Shown in pieces: positions 1-7,569 of a stretch of 29,292 nt of DNA. The first letter of the stretch is position 1; the number at the start of each line of letters is the position of its first letter. The notes beneath the pieces were generated by a model. That model was not told where the DNA came from, did not search any database, and saw only the letters and a program-made list of their open reading frames with translations. Source of the stretch: Bifidobacterium breve (GTDB lineage Bacteria > Actinomycetota > Actinomycetes > UBA12327); contig CAMCVY010000001.1 of the NCBI GenBank assembly GCA_945881995.1, forward strand, positions 1 through 29,292, read 5' to 3'. The position numbers were made by a program, and so were the translations under genes.

Positions 1-3
1 TAG

Positions 4-978
4 ATGACCGCGGTGAGTGATCGCAGTAATACCGCCAGCGAGCCCAGCGAATGGCAAAAGAAGATCGCAGGGGAATGGCATGGTCGTCCCGGTCTGTTTG
101 ATCCTGAGGGCAACCACGTGGGGTACGAGCGCATTGCGCGCGCCAGTGAGGTATTGCCTGACGGCACCACGGTCTACTGGATGAATGGCACCTTGGACGG
201 TTCTGGGCCGCTGCGCAACCGTTTCCAACTCGGCGCAGACTTCCGCTTTGAAGTCATCGACTCGGATGAGAACCGCGTGTACATGGGTCCCGACTTTTAT
301 GGCACGGGTCAGCCCTATGGCTTGTTCGTTGATGCGCACTACTACTCACCCGGATGGCAAGCAGACCTTCGTACGTGGAACCAAGTCCTGCCGGACGGTA
401 AGACGCAGGTCTACTCATCGGTCTTGCACGACGGTTGGAGCGTGTGCGCGGTATTCAACGGCTTGTACAAGGTTGTCGACGTCGGCGCGAATGACCAAGA
501 GACCCAAGGCTTTATTGATTCGTGGATCAGGGACGAAACAGATCGTGCTCCGCGCCCACATGTCTTGCCTACCAAGCAAAGAGGTGCCTGGACGGGGACT
601 CTTGAGGTGTATGACGCCGCTTCGCAAGAAAAGGTGGGCGACAACTTCGTCACTATTGACCATGAGCCCTTGTCGCTCGTACGTACCAAGCAGACGATCA
701 CCTGGGAAGGTGCGATCAACCGCAAGTACACCTTCGAGCGCTTGCGCCGAGATCAAAACACGACCTATGACGGCCCGGACATCATGGGAAATGCCCGCAA
801 CTACGGACGTGCCTTATTCACGAGTCAACACTTCACCGGTGGCGATGTGTGGAAGATTAAGGGACGCGAGTACCTGCTTGACGACTCGCAGTCTTTGAGC
901 ATTGTGTGGGAAGCATTTAAGGGCGACATGCTCACTAACGTTATTTTCGGACAGCTGGATTGGAAGGCACAAGCATGA
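4..978 (+). CDS. Hypothetical protein with two tandem calycin/lipocalin-like beta-barrel repeats (DUF3598-like)
   Basis: 324-aa ORF. ATG directly follows a TAG at 1-3, suggesting an upstream gene outside the window. The stop overlaps the next start (ATGA). Internal duplication: AGEWHG...YMGPDFYGTGQPYG vs RGAWTG...YDGPDIMGNARNYG. The N-terminal GxW motif is typical of calycins. The fold call is inference. Confidence 0.75.
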   Translation: MTAVSDRSNTASEPSEWQKKIAGEWHGRPGLFDPEGNHVGYERIARASEVLPDGTTVYWMNGTLDGSGPLRNRFQLGADFRFEVIDSDENRVYMGPDFYGTGQPYGLFVDAHYYSPGWQADLRTWNQVLPDGKTQVYSSVLHDGWSVCAVFNGLYKVVDVGANDQETQGFIDSWIRDETDRAPRPHVLPTKQRGAWTGTLEVYDAASQEKVGDNFVTIDHEPLSLVRTKQTITWEGAINRKYTFERLRRDQNTTYDGPDIMGNARNYGRALFTSQHFTGGDVWKIKGREYLLDDSQSLSIVWEAFKGDMLTNVIFGQLDWKAQA

Positions 979-1808
979 GCGAGAACCGTTCCGTCGTCGT
1001 CACTGGTGGAACCCGTGGCATTGGCCAAGGGCTAGTGCGCGAGTTCATCAAGGCCGGTTGCCGAGTCACGTTCACTGGATCCAGTGAAGCATCCACCGCC
1101 AAGGGCCTGGAGGCTCTGGGTGGAGCAAGCGCCAACCTGACTGCTGTCGCATGCGACATCACCGACCGCGAGCAAGTCCAGGCAGCATGGGATCACGCTG
1201 TTGCCACGTTCGGTCGTGTAGACATCTGGATTAACAACGCGGGTATTTCGTTGCCACGCAAGCCTTTCCAGGACCACGCGGTTGCGGACTTGCAGGGCAT
1301 CGTCGACACCAACATCGTGGGAATCTTCAACGGTGACGCGGTGGCGATGAAGGGCATGCTGGCCCAGGGCTCTGGTTACATCTGGAATATGGAGGGCTTC
1401 GGTTCGAACGGTCAGACTAGTTCAGGCCTGGGTCCTTATGGCGCGACTAAGCGTGCGCTGAACTACCTGACCAAGGTACTGATCAAGGAACTTAAGGGAA
1501 CCGGTGTCGGCATGGGTTACCTCAGCCCCGGCATTGTCGCCACTGACTTGTTGATCCAAGACTACGAAGACGACATGGAACAGTGGGAAAAGGTCAAGAA
1601 GACCTTCAACATCCTGGGCGACACCGTCGAGACGGTTACGCCTTACCTTGTTGATGGCGTCTTGAAGACCGAGAAGAGTGGAAAGCGCGTGGCATGGCTG
1701 ACGCCGGCAAAGGCCGGTGGCCGGTTCGCTACTGCGGGCTTCAAAAAGCGCAATCTCTTTGACCAGATTGACCCGCGCAAGACCATGGATCAGCAGGACG
1801 CTTCGTAG
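975..1808 (+). CDS. Short-chain dehydrogenase/reductase, chlorophyll b reductase NOL/NYC1-like subgroup
   Basis: TGGTRGIG cofactor motif, NNAG, catalytic YGATK. IWNMEGFGSNG, LSPGIVATDLL and FNILGDTVETVTPYLV resemble NOL-type SDRs as I recall them. Start set at ATG 975 (ATGA overlap) rather than the ORF-track 960. Confidence 0.9.
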   Translation: MSENRSVVVTGGTRGIGQGLVREFIKAGCRVTFTGSSEASTAKGLEALGGASANLTAVACDITDREQVQAAWDHAVATFGRVDIWINNAGISLPRKPFQDHAVADLQGIVDTNIVGIFNGDAVAMKGMLAQGSGYIWNMEGFGSNGQTSSGLGPYGATKRALNYLTKVLIKELKGTGVGMGYLSPGIVATDLLIQDYEDDMEQWEKVKKTFNILGDTVETVTPYLVDGVLKTEKSGKRVAWLTPAKAGGRFATAGFKKRNLFDQIDPRKTMDQQDAS

Positions 1809-2509
1809 TGGCCTTGACTGACTGCGTTACCTATCCATTGGTCTTAGCGGCCGAAGATATCGTTCCCATTGTTTTAGCTGGTGTGGGTTATTGGTACCTG
1901 TCCAAGCGGGTACTCAACGACTTTGAAGGGTCGCCAGCTGTTGCATTAGCCATGCGGATCGCCGCCGGGCTCTTGGTCGTTTGTTCGTTCTTGGCCGGAC
2001 CGGTGCGAAAGATCCTTGCTAACGTGGCCGCAGTACCCATTTGCGCGCCGGATTTCGAAGTTCCTTATTCGCAATTCCAGATTCCCTTTGTGAGCGCGCT
2101 AGCCCCAGGGTTTGCGATCTTGACCTGGGGTGTGATCTGCACACTCAAGGGCCGCAAGGTCGCCTTTTGGCCGGCGAGTGTGTTGCTCGCGCTCGGTGTG
2201 GTGGGTGCAGTCGCCGTGGGTGAGCGAACCATCTTGTTCGCAGTAGGTGGTCTGTGGGCCACAGCCCTGGCTGTTTCGGCCGGAATCCTTGCTTCTCGCC
2301 AACGTGATTTTGTGACAACGGGACTCTTTGCCCTCTACGCCTTGGGTACTTTGGCCCTACCGCCCATCAGTTCCAAAGGGAATGTTTCTGATGTAAATGT
2401 TCAGTGGTTGGCGCAAGGGATTAATTCGGTTACACAAGGCCTGTTTCTCTACGCCTGCTATCGACTGTTTTCACGTTACCAACGCCAGTCCACTACTACC
2501 GCTGCCTAG
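1808..2509 (+). CDS. Hypothetical integral membrane protein (~6-7 TM)
   Basis: 233 aa with alternating hydrophobic segments. GTG start overlaps the SDR stop (TAGTG). No catalytic motif recognised. Confidence 0.75.
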   Translation: MALTDCVTYPLVLAAEDIVPIVLAGVGYWYLSKRVLNDFEGSPAVALAMRIAAGLLVVCSFLAGPVRKILANVAAVPICAPDFEVPYSQFQIPFVSALAPGFAILTWGVICTLKGRKVAFWPASVLLALGVVGAVAVGERTILFAVGGLWATALAVSAGILASRQRDFVTTGLFALYALGTLALPPISSKGNVSDVNVQWLAQGINSVTQGLFLYACYRLFSRYQRQSTTTAA

Positions 2510-2520
2510 GGAGAACTCAC

Positions 2521-3267
2521 ATGGGTGATCAACTCGCTTTCCGCAAGAAGTTTGGTGTCTTGGCACCGAGTACGAACTCCATCGTCGAACCGGACTTCAA
2601 TCGCATGGGTGTTCCCGGTGTTACGCCGTTGTTTAGCCGCATTCACATCTATGACCAAGACCTCTCGACCGAGGCCCAGATGGAAAAGTTGCGCGTACAG
2701 CTCGATGAGTCCTTGGACTACGCCATTGATCTCGTCTGCACCGCCGAAGTTGACTACATGGTCATGGGGATGTCGGCTGAAACCTTCTGGGGTGGCGTTG
2801 CGGGCAACGACTACTTCAAGGCACGCGTCAAAGAACGTTCGGGCGGGCTTGAAGTCGCCACGGGTGCTGAAGGGTGTCAAAAGGTCCTCAACAGTTACAA
2901 CGTGAAGTCCATCTCTGTTGTCACGCCGTATCAAGAAAACGGAGACCGGGAGGTCATTAATTACTTTGAGGAGATTGGCTTTGAGGTGAAGAAGTTGATC
3001 GGCCTCAAGCGTCCAACCGCGGTTTCCATTGCGCACACCACGGAGGACGAACTTCGCGATGCCCTCATTGAACTCAACGAGAGCGGCGCTGAGGCGATCG
3101 TCCAGGTGGGCACGAACTTGTCTATGGTCCGCCTAGCCGCTGAGGCTGAGCGCTGGTTCCACAAGCCCGTTGTGGCGATTAATGCTGCGACCTGGTGGAT
3201 GGCCCTTCGAGAGAATGGCATCAACGACAAGCTTTACGGCTTTGGCCGCATGTTTGAGGACTTCTAA
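2521..3267 (+). CDS. Maleate isomerase / arylmalonate decarboxylase (Asp/Glu racemase superfamily) protein lacking the catalytic cysteines
   Basis: FGVLAPSTNSIVEPDF, ISVVTPY, VQVGTNL and KPVVAINAATWW motifs. RBS GGAGA upstream of the ATG. Confidence 0.88.
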   Translation: MGDQLAFRKKFGVLAPSTNSIVEPDFNRMGVPGVTPLFSRIHIYDQDLSTEAQMEKLRVQLDESLDYAIDLVCTAEVDYMVMGMSAETFWGGVAGNDYFKARVKERSGGLEVATGAEGCQKVLNSYNVKSISVVTPYQENGDREVINYFEEIGFEVKKLIGLKRPTAVSIAHTTEDELRDALIELNESGAEAIVQVGTNLSMVRLAAEAERWFHKPVVAINAATWWMALRENGINDKLYGFGRMFEDF

Positions 3268-3273
3268 TCGCTC

Positions 3274-4695
3274 TTAGTTAGTCAACAAAGGGGTGTCAAC
3301 GGGTGCAACCCGGTAGCACCCCTTTGTTGTGCGGTCCTTCAGTGTGCAGGTGTCGTCCCACGTGATCTGACGTAGTGCTGTCGCACCGGCGTATTGGCCT
3401 TGATTCCAGCTGGACCCGTAAGCAACAGCGGAACTGTAGGTAGTTCCCAACGACCACATGGCGTCTTTGAATGCATTGGGAGTCACGTTCTTAGGGGCCT
3501 TATCGAGGGCCGCCTTGAGCAAGAGAGTGGCATCGCAGAACTGCAAAATGATGCGGTAGTTTTCGCGGTTTCCTTCAGGCGGGTTAGCGCCAGCCGCATC
3601 AACAATTTGCTTGCACACACCTTCATTCGGTCGAGCCGGATCCGGGAATGGGAGGGTCGAGGAGTCGCTCCGGTTATCTGATGAGGGAGAGAATCCAAGC
3701 CCAAGCATCCCAATACGACTTTTCCCAACGATGGTTTCGGGGTTGTCGACGAAGAACGCAGGGTTGTCGTATGAGGAGATGGTGTACTTCGCTGTTAGTT
3801 CCTCAGCTTCAGTCGAGGACAAAGCCACTGCCTCAATGCGTTCGCCCCCAAGAGCGATCACTCGGTCTAAGCCCTGGTTTTTTGCACCGGCAAGGGCCGC
3901 TGAGGAGGTGGCACCGAGGGTGCCAATGTTGGAGACGTCAATAAAGAAGTTTGCGGACTTTGTTACGCCAATGCTCTGGAGATAAGGGGTCACGATCGTG
4001 TCGATGGCTCGTCGTGAGACGGCCGCATCGGGGGCAATGACGGCCACTCCTTGTGCGCCATCAAACCAACCGGCTGCCTTCAGATTCGGCAGTAGCGTCT
4101 TGACGTAGGAGTCGAATGGCGGAAGCGACGTGGACCACAGGTAGGGGCTGTAGGCCTGATACTCCTGCTGATCAAGGGGGAGATACGTCTGGTCCAACAT
4201 GATCGCCCGTGCAGATTGATAGCACGGGCGAGCGTTGTTTTGGAATTGGCCATCCATGGCGATGGCAAAGATTTCCGCATCCTGAGTGAAGGCTCGGCAC
4301 TGAGCTTCCGCGTATTCGGGGCTGTCAAGTTGTCCCGTGTAGGGCTTGATAATCGGGTTGAGCTTGCGCCCGCCGGCCCCACCATTGGTATTCACGTAAT
4401 TGACAACCGCCTGGATACCTTTGGTGGTGACATCAAAGCCGCCGTCTTCGACATTTTTAAAGCCTAAATTTTTGGCGATTTCGCCGATGTCAACGACCAG
4501 ATATCCAACATTGACCGTGTCAGCCGAAACACCAGGCGATGGTTGATCCGCAGGACCGCCAGCGGCGCTCGCGTCGCCGCCACTTCCGGCGGCACCGCTA
4601 CTGCTGTTGTTGGAACTACTACATCCCGCAACAAGGGCAGCGCAGGCCAACAAAGCGATGAGTGATCGAGCGATGGTCAAACGTGACGATTGCAC
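3274..4695 (-). CDS. ABC transporter substrate-binding lipoprotein (LivJ/K-like type I periplasmic binding fold), paralog 1
   Basis: Lipobox LVAGC, Ser/Gly linker, PGVSADTVNVG and VNTNGGAGGRKL motifs. RBS GGAGG before GTG 4695. Confidence 0.88.
   Translation of the reverse strand: MQSSRLTIARSLIALLACAALVAGCSSSNNSSSGAAGSGGDASAAGGPADQPSPGVSADTVNVGYLVVDIGEIAKNLGFKNVEDGGFDVTTKGIQAVVNYVNTNGGAGGRKLNPIIKPYTGQLDSPEYAEAQCRAFTQDAEIFAIAMDGQFQNNARPCYQSARAIMLDQTYLPLDQQEYQAYSPYLWSTSLPPFDSYVKTLLPNLKAAGWFDGAQGVAVIAPDAAVSRRAIDTIVTPYLQSIGVTKSANFFIDVSNIGTLGATSSAALAGAKNQGLDRVIALGGERIEAVALSSTEAEELTAKYTISSYDNPAFFVDNPETIVGKSRIGMLGLGFSPSSDNRSDSSTLPFPDPARPNEGVCKQIVDAAGANPPEGNRENYRIILQFCDATLLLKAALDKAPKNVTPNAFKDAMWSLGTTYSSAVAYGSSWNQGQYAGATALRQITWDDTCTLKDRTTKGCYRVAPVDTPLLTN
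3283..3329 (+). terminator. Long hairpin, probable terminator of the plus-strand operon, embedded in the 3' coding end of the convergent SBP gene
   Basis: Perfect 13-bp inverted repeat CAACAAAGGGGTG (3283-3295) / CACCCCTTTGTTG (3317-3329), with inner stem CGGGT-GCA-ACCCG, starting 16 nt after stop 3267. Confidence 0.6.
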
Positions 4696-4716
4696 GGCGT
4701 ACCTCCGCCGCTTACA

Positions 4717-7569
4717 TTACGACACTGTGGCGGTAAATGGACCCGATCTTTCAACTGCGGTCATATCTGCGCCCAAGTACGAGCGCACCACATCGGGGTG
4801 ATTTCGCACGGCATCGGGGGAACCTTCGGCGATGACCGCTCCAAGCTCCATGGCGACCACGCGCTGGGCTAGACGAAAGAGCAGGGGTAGGTCGTGTTCA
4901 ACCACCACCAGGGTGGTTCCCAGATCGCGGTTGACTCCAGTCAGGAGTTGAACCAAACTCTCGCCCTCAGATTGAGCAATTCCACCGGCAGGTTCGTCCA
5001 GCAAGAGAACTTGCGGATCCAGCGCCAGCATGCAGGTGATTTCCACCATGCGACGAGTTCCGGTAGAGAGCTCACCCACGGGCTTGGCTTGCAAATAATC
5101 AAGCCCCATCACTTCCAGGTATTGCATGGCGCGCGCCTTCTTGGCGCGATCAGCCATGGGCAAGCCCAGCAGCGAGCTGGTGACTCCGGTAGGAGCGGTG
5201 CGCTCCATGGCAACCATCACGGTTTCCAGAACGCTCATCGTTGGGTACAACCGAGCGGCTTGGAACGAACGTACGAGACCGAGTTTGGCCCGCGCCTCCG
5301 GCGACAGCTTGGTGATGTCGCGACCGTTGAACACGATGGAACCACTGTCAGGAGCGGTGAAGCCTGCAATAATTTCAAACAACGTGGTTTTGCCGGCGCC
5401 ATTCGGTCCGATGATTCCCAAGATCTCACCAGGCTGGACGGCCAAGTCCACGCCGGCAACGGCCTTGATGCCTCCGAATGAACGCGCTGCGCCCGTGACT
5501 TGAAGGATCGGCGGCAACGCCTGTGGATCAATTCCGACAAACGGGTCGCGGCCAGAGTTTTGCTTCAGTGGCGTCACGTCGATCACGGCTATGCGACGAT
5601 CCTCACCATCGATTTCACCTTCATCAAAGCGAATAGCTGCTTGTGGATCTACACCTTGCAGCCGGGCCAGACCAAAGGCTGCGGAATTGCGCACGCGAAC
5701 GAGGACTCCACCCAGACCGCGCGGAATCAGAACAATGATGATGACGGAGAGCAGGATTAACAAGGGTGGGATGAATGCATTCAGTGTCACTAATTGTGGG
5801 ATGCGGCTGTAGAGCGCACCGATCGCTGGTCCGGGAAGGACACCCAAGCCTCCCAGCACGCTCTGTGAAACCACATCAACGCTGAAGCCACCCTTGAAGT
5901 AATCGGGCGTCAGGGTCGTGACCGAGTTAGCGATGATGACGCCGCCAAGTCCAGCAATTCCACCCGCAATCGCAAAGGTTTGAAGTTTGCGGTACGGCGC
6001 AGCGATCGTGAATGCTCTCGCTGCGTCCTCATTGTCACGCAGTGCACGAAGGACTCGACCCAAACCGGTACGACGGATGTTGGCCGCTATCAAGAAAGCA
6101 ATCACGAGGAACACCAAAGAGAATAGGTAGTAGTTCTTCGGCAAACCGAAGTTGATGTTGAGACCTGAAATTTGCAGTGGGTTAACGCGAATTCCAGAGG
6201 CGGTGGGGCCGATGAGAATCTCTTGGCGCAGCAACCACGATGAGGTAGCAAACGAGAAGGCAAGGGTGCTCACAGCTAGGGCAAGCCCGCGCAGTCGAAG
6301 GGCGGGAATTCCGACCAACGCCGAGACGATGGCGCCAACAACTACACCAGCCAGTAGCCCAAGAAAGAATTGTCCTGTCGCGGCTGACACCTTGACGGCA
6401 ACGGTGCCCGCGATGGCGGCAAAGGCGAATTGACCCAAGGAGAGTTGACCAGCAACTCCGGTTAGCACGCCTACGGACAAGCCCACGATGGTGAAGCCAA
6501 CGGCGAACGTCAAAATCGTGGCCGTCTTATTGGTTACGGTCAGGCCGATATACACCGCAAAGGCCAAAGCGATGACCGAGATGAGCGGAGTAATCAGGCG
6601 AACAGTGAAGAGCCGGCGAATTTGGGTGGGCAACTGGGGTGGATACAACTTGTTCCATTCACCGCGGTCTTCGTCACGACGCGAAGAAAGTTTTGGCTGG
6701 AGGAGCAAACCAGCAAAGACCACGATGACCAAGGCAAGTTGGGGCAAGCCGGGCAAGTTTTGATTGCTGGCCAAGACCTGGGCCGCGACTCCAATCCCAA
6801 CTGACGAGAAGAAGGCGATGGGCAAACTTTGGAAGCGGCCAAGGACAGCGCCCGCTAGCGGCAGTACCAGAAGCGATGGGCCGAGGAAATCCTTGTCTGG
6901 CAAGTTGATCGTCGGGTAGACCAAGATCACAGAGAACGCCGCGATAGCACCAGCGATTCCCCAGGACAAGGTGACCATGCGGCTTGCCGACACTCCAGCC
7001 AAGGAAGCCGCATCGGGGTTATCCGCAGCCGCTCGAATTGCTAGTCCGTAACGCGATCGGCGAAGGAACAGTGTCAGCGCGAGCAGAACGAATGGGGCGA
7101 GCAAAACGATGGCGACAAAAGAGGGTTGGATGGTCGTCGCGCCTAGTTTCAGGCCAGTGAGGAACTCCGGTAGCGCTGGCTTGGGGAACAAGCGACCGGA
7201 TGCGTTGCTTTGGTTAATCACCAAGCCAAAAATGATCAGGAATTGGGCTAGACCCAGAGTGACAACGGTTCCAAGCACGCGGGGGGCGTCTGAAATTCGG
7301 CGCACAAATCCCCATTCGACACCGGCGGCGATGAGCGCTCCGGCCAAGATGCCGACCGGGAACATCAGCCAGTAGGGCAGTCCCTGTTTAGCAACGATGG
7401 CACCGAAGATGGAAGCGGCGAAAATTCCGATAGCCACGTGGGCGAAGTTGATGAACCGGCTAGCGCGGTACACCAGTACGAGTCCGATAGACAAGAGCCC
7501 GTAGAGGAACCCCGTGAAGAGTCCACTCAAAATGTTGGGGAACGAAAGGTCGAATCCACCGAGGTTCAT
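4717..7569 (-). CDS. Fused branched-chain-amino-acid-type ABC permease-permease-ATPase (LivH-LivM-LivG)
   Basis: LivH motifs (GLVLVYRASRFINFAH, YGLAIRAAADNPDAASLAGV). LivM motifs (GQLSLGQFAF, LRLRGLALAVSTL, RALRDNEDAA). ATPase motifs GPNGAGKT, LSTGTRR, LLLDEP, VEHD. Confidence 0.93.
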   Translation of the reverse strand: MNLGGFDLSFPNILSGLFTGFLYGLLSIGLVLVYRASRFINFAHVAIGIFAASIFGAIVAKQGLPYWLMFPVGILAGALIAAGVEWGFVRRISDAPRVLGTVVTLGLAQFLIIFGLVINQSNASGRLFPKPALPEFLTGLKLGATTIQPSFVAIVLLAPFVLLALTLFLRRSRYGLAIRAAADNPDAASLAGVSASRMVTLSWGIAGAIAAFSVILVYPTINLPDKDFLGPSLLVLPLAGAVLGRFQSLPIAFFSSVGIGVAAQVLASNQNLPGLPQLALVIVVFAGLLLQPKLSSRRDEDRGEWNKLYPPQLPTQIRRLFTVRLITPLISVIALAFAVYIGLTVTNKTATILTFAVGFTIVGLSVGVLTGVAGQLSLGQFAFAAIAGTVAVKVSAATGQFFLGLLAGVVVGAIVSALVGIPALRLRGLALAVSTLAFSFATSSWLLRQEILIGPTASGIRVNPLQISGLNINFGLPKNYYLFSLVFLVIAFLIAANIRRTGLGRVLRALRDNEDAARAFTIAAPYRKLQTFAIAGGIAGLGGVIIANSVTTLTPDYFKGGFSVDVVSQSVLGGLGVLPGPAIGALYSRIPQLVTLNAFIPPLLILLSVIIIVLIPRGLGGVLVRVRNSAAFGLARLQGVDPQAAIRFDEGEIDGEDRRIAVIDVTPLKQNSGRDPFVGIDPQALPPILQVTGAARSFGGIKAVAGVDLAVQPGEILGIIGPNGAGKTTLFEIIAGFTAPDSGSIVFNGRDITKLSPEARAKLGLVRSFQAARLYPTMSVLETVMVAMERTAPTGVTSSLLGLPMADRAKKARAMQYLEVMGLDYLQAKPVGELSTGTRRMVEITCMLALDPQVLLLDEPAGGIAQSEGESLVQLLTGVNRDLGTTLVVVEHDLPLLFRLAQRVVAMELGAVIAEGSPDAVRNHPDVVRSYLGADMTAVERSGPFTATVS

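Noticed and set aside
1808-2509. Microbial rhodopsin or heliorhodopsin
   Set aside because: There is no retinal-binding Lys in the last helix.
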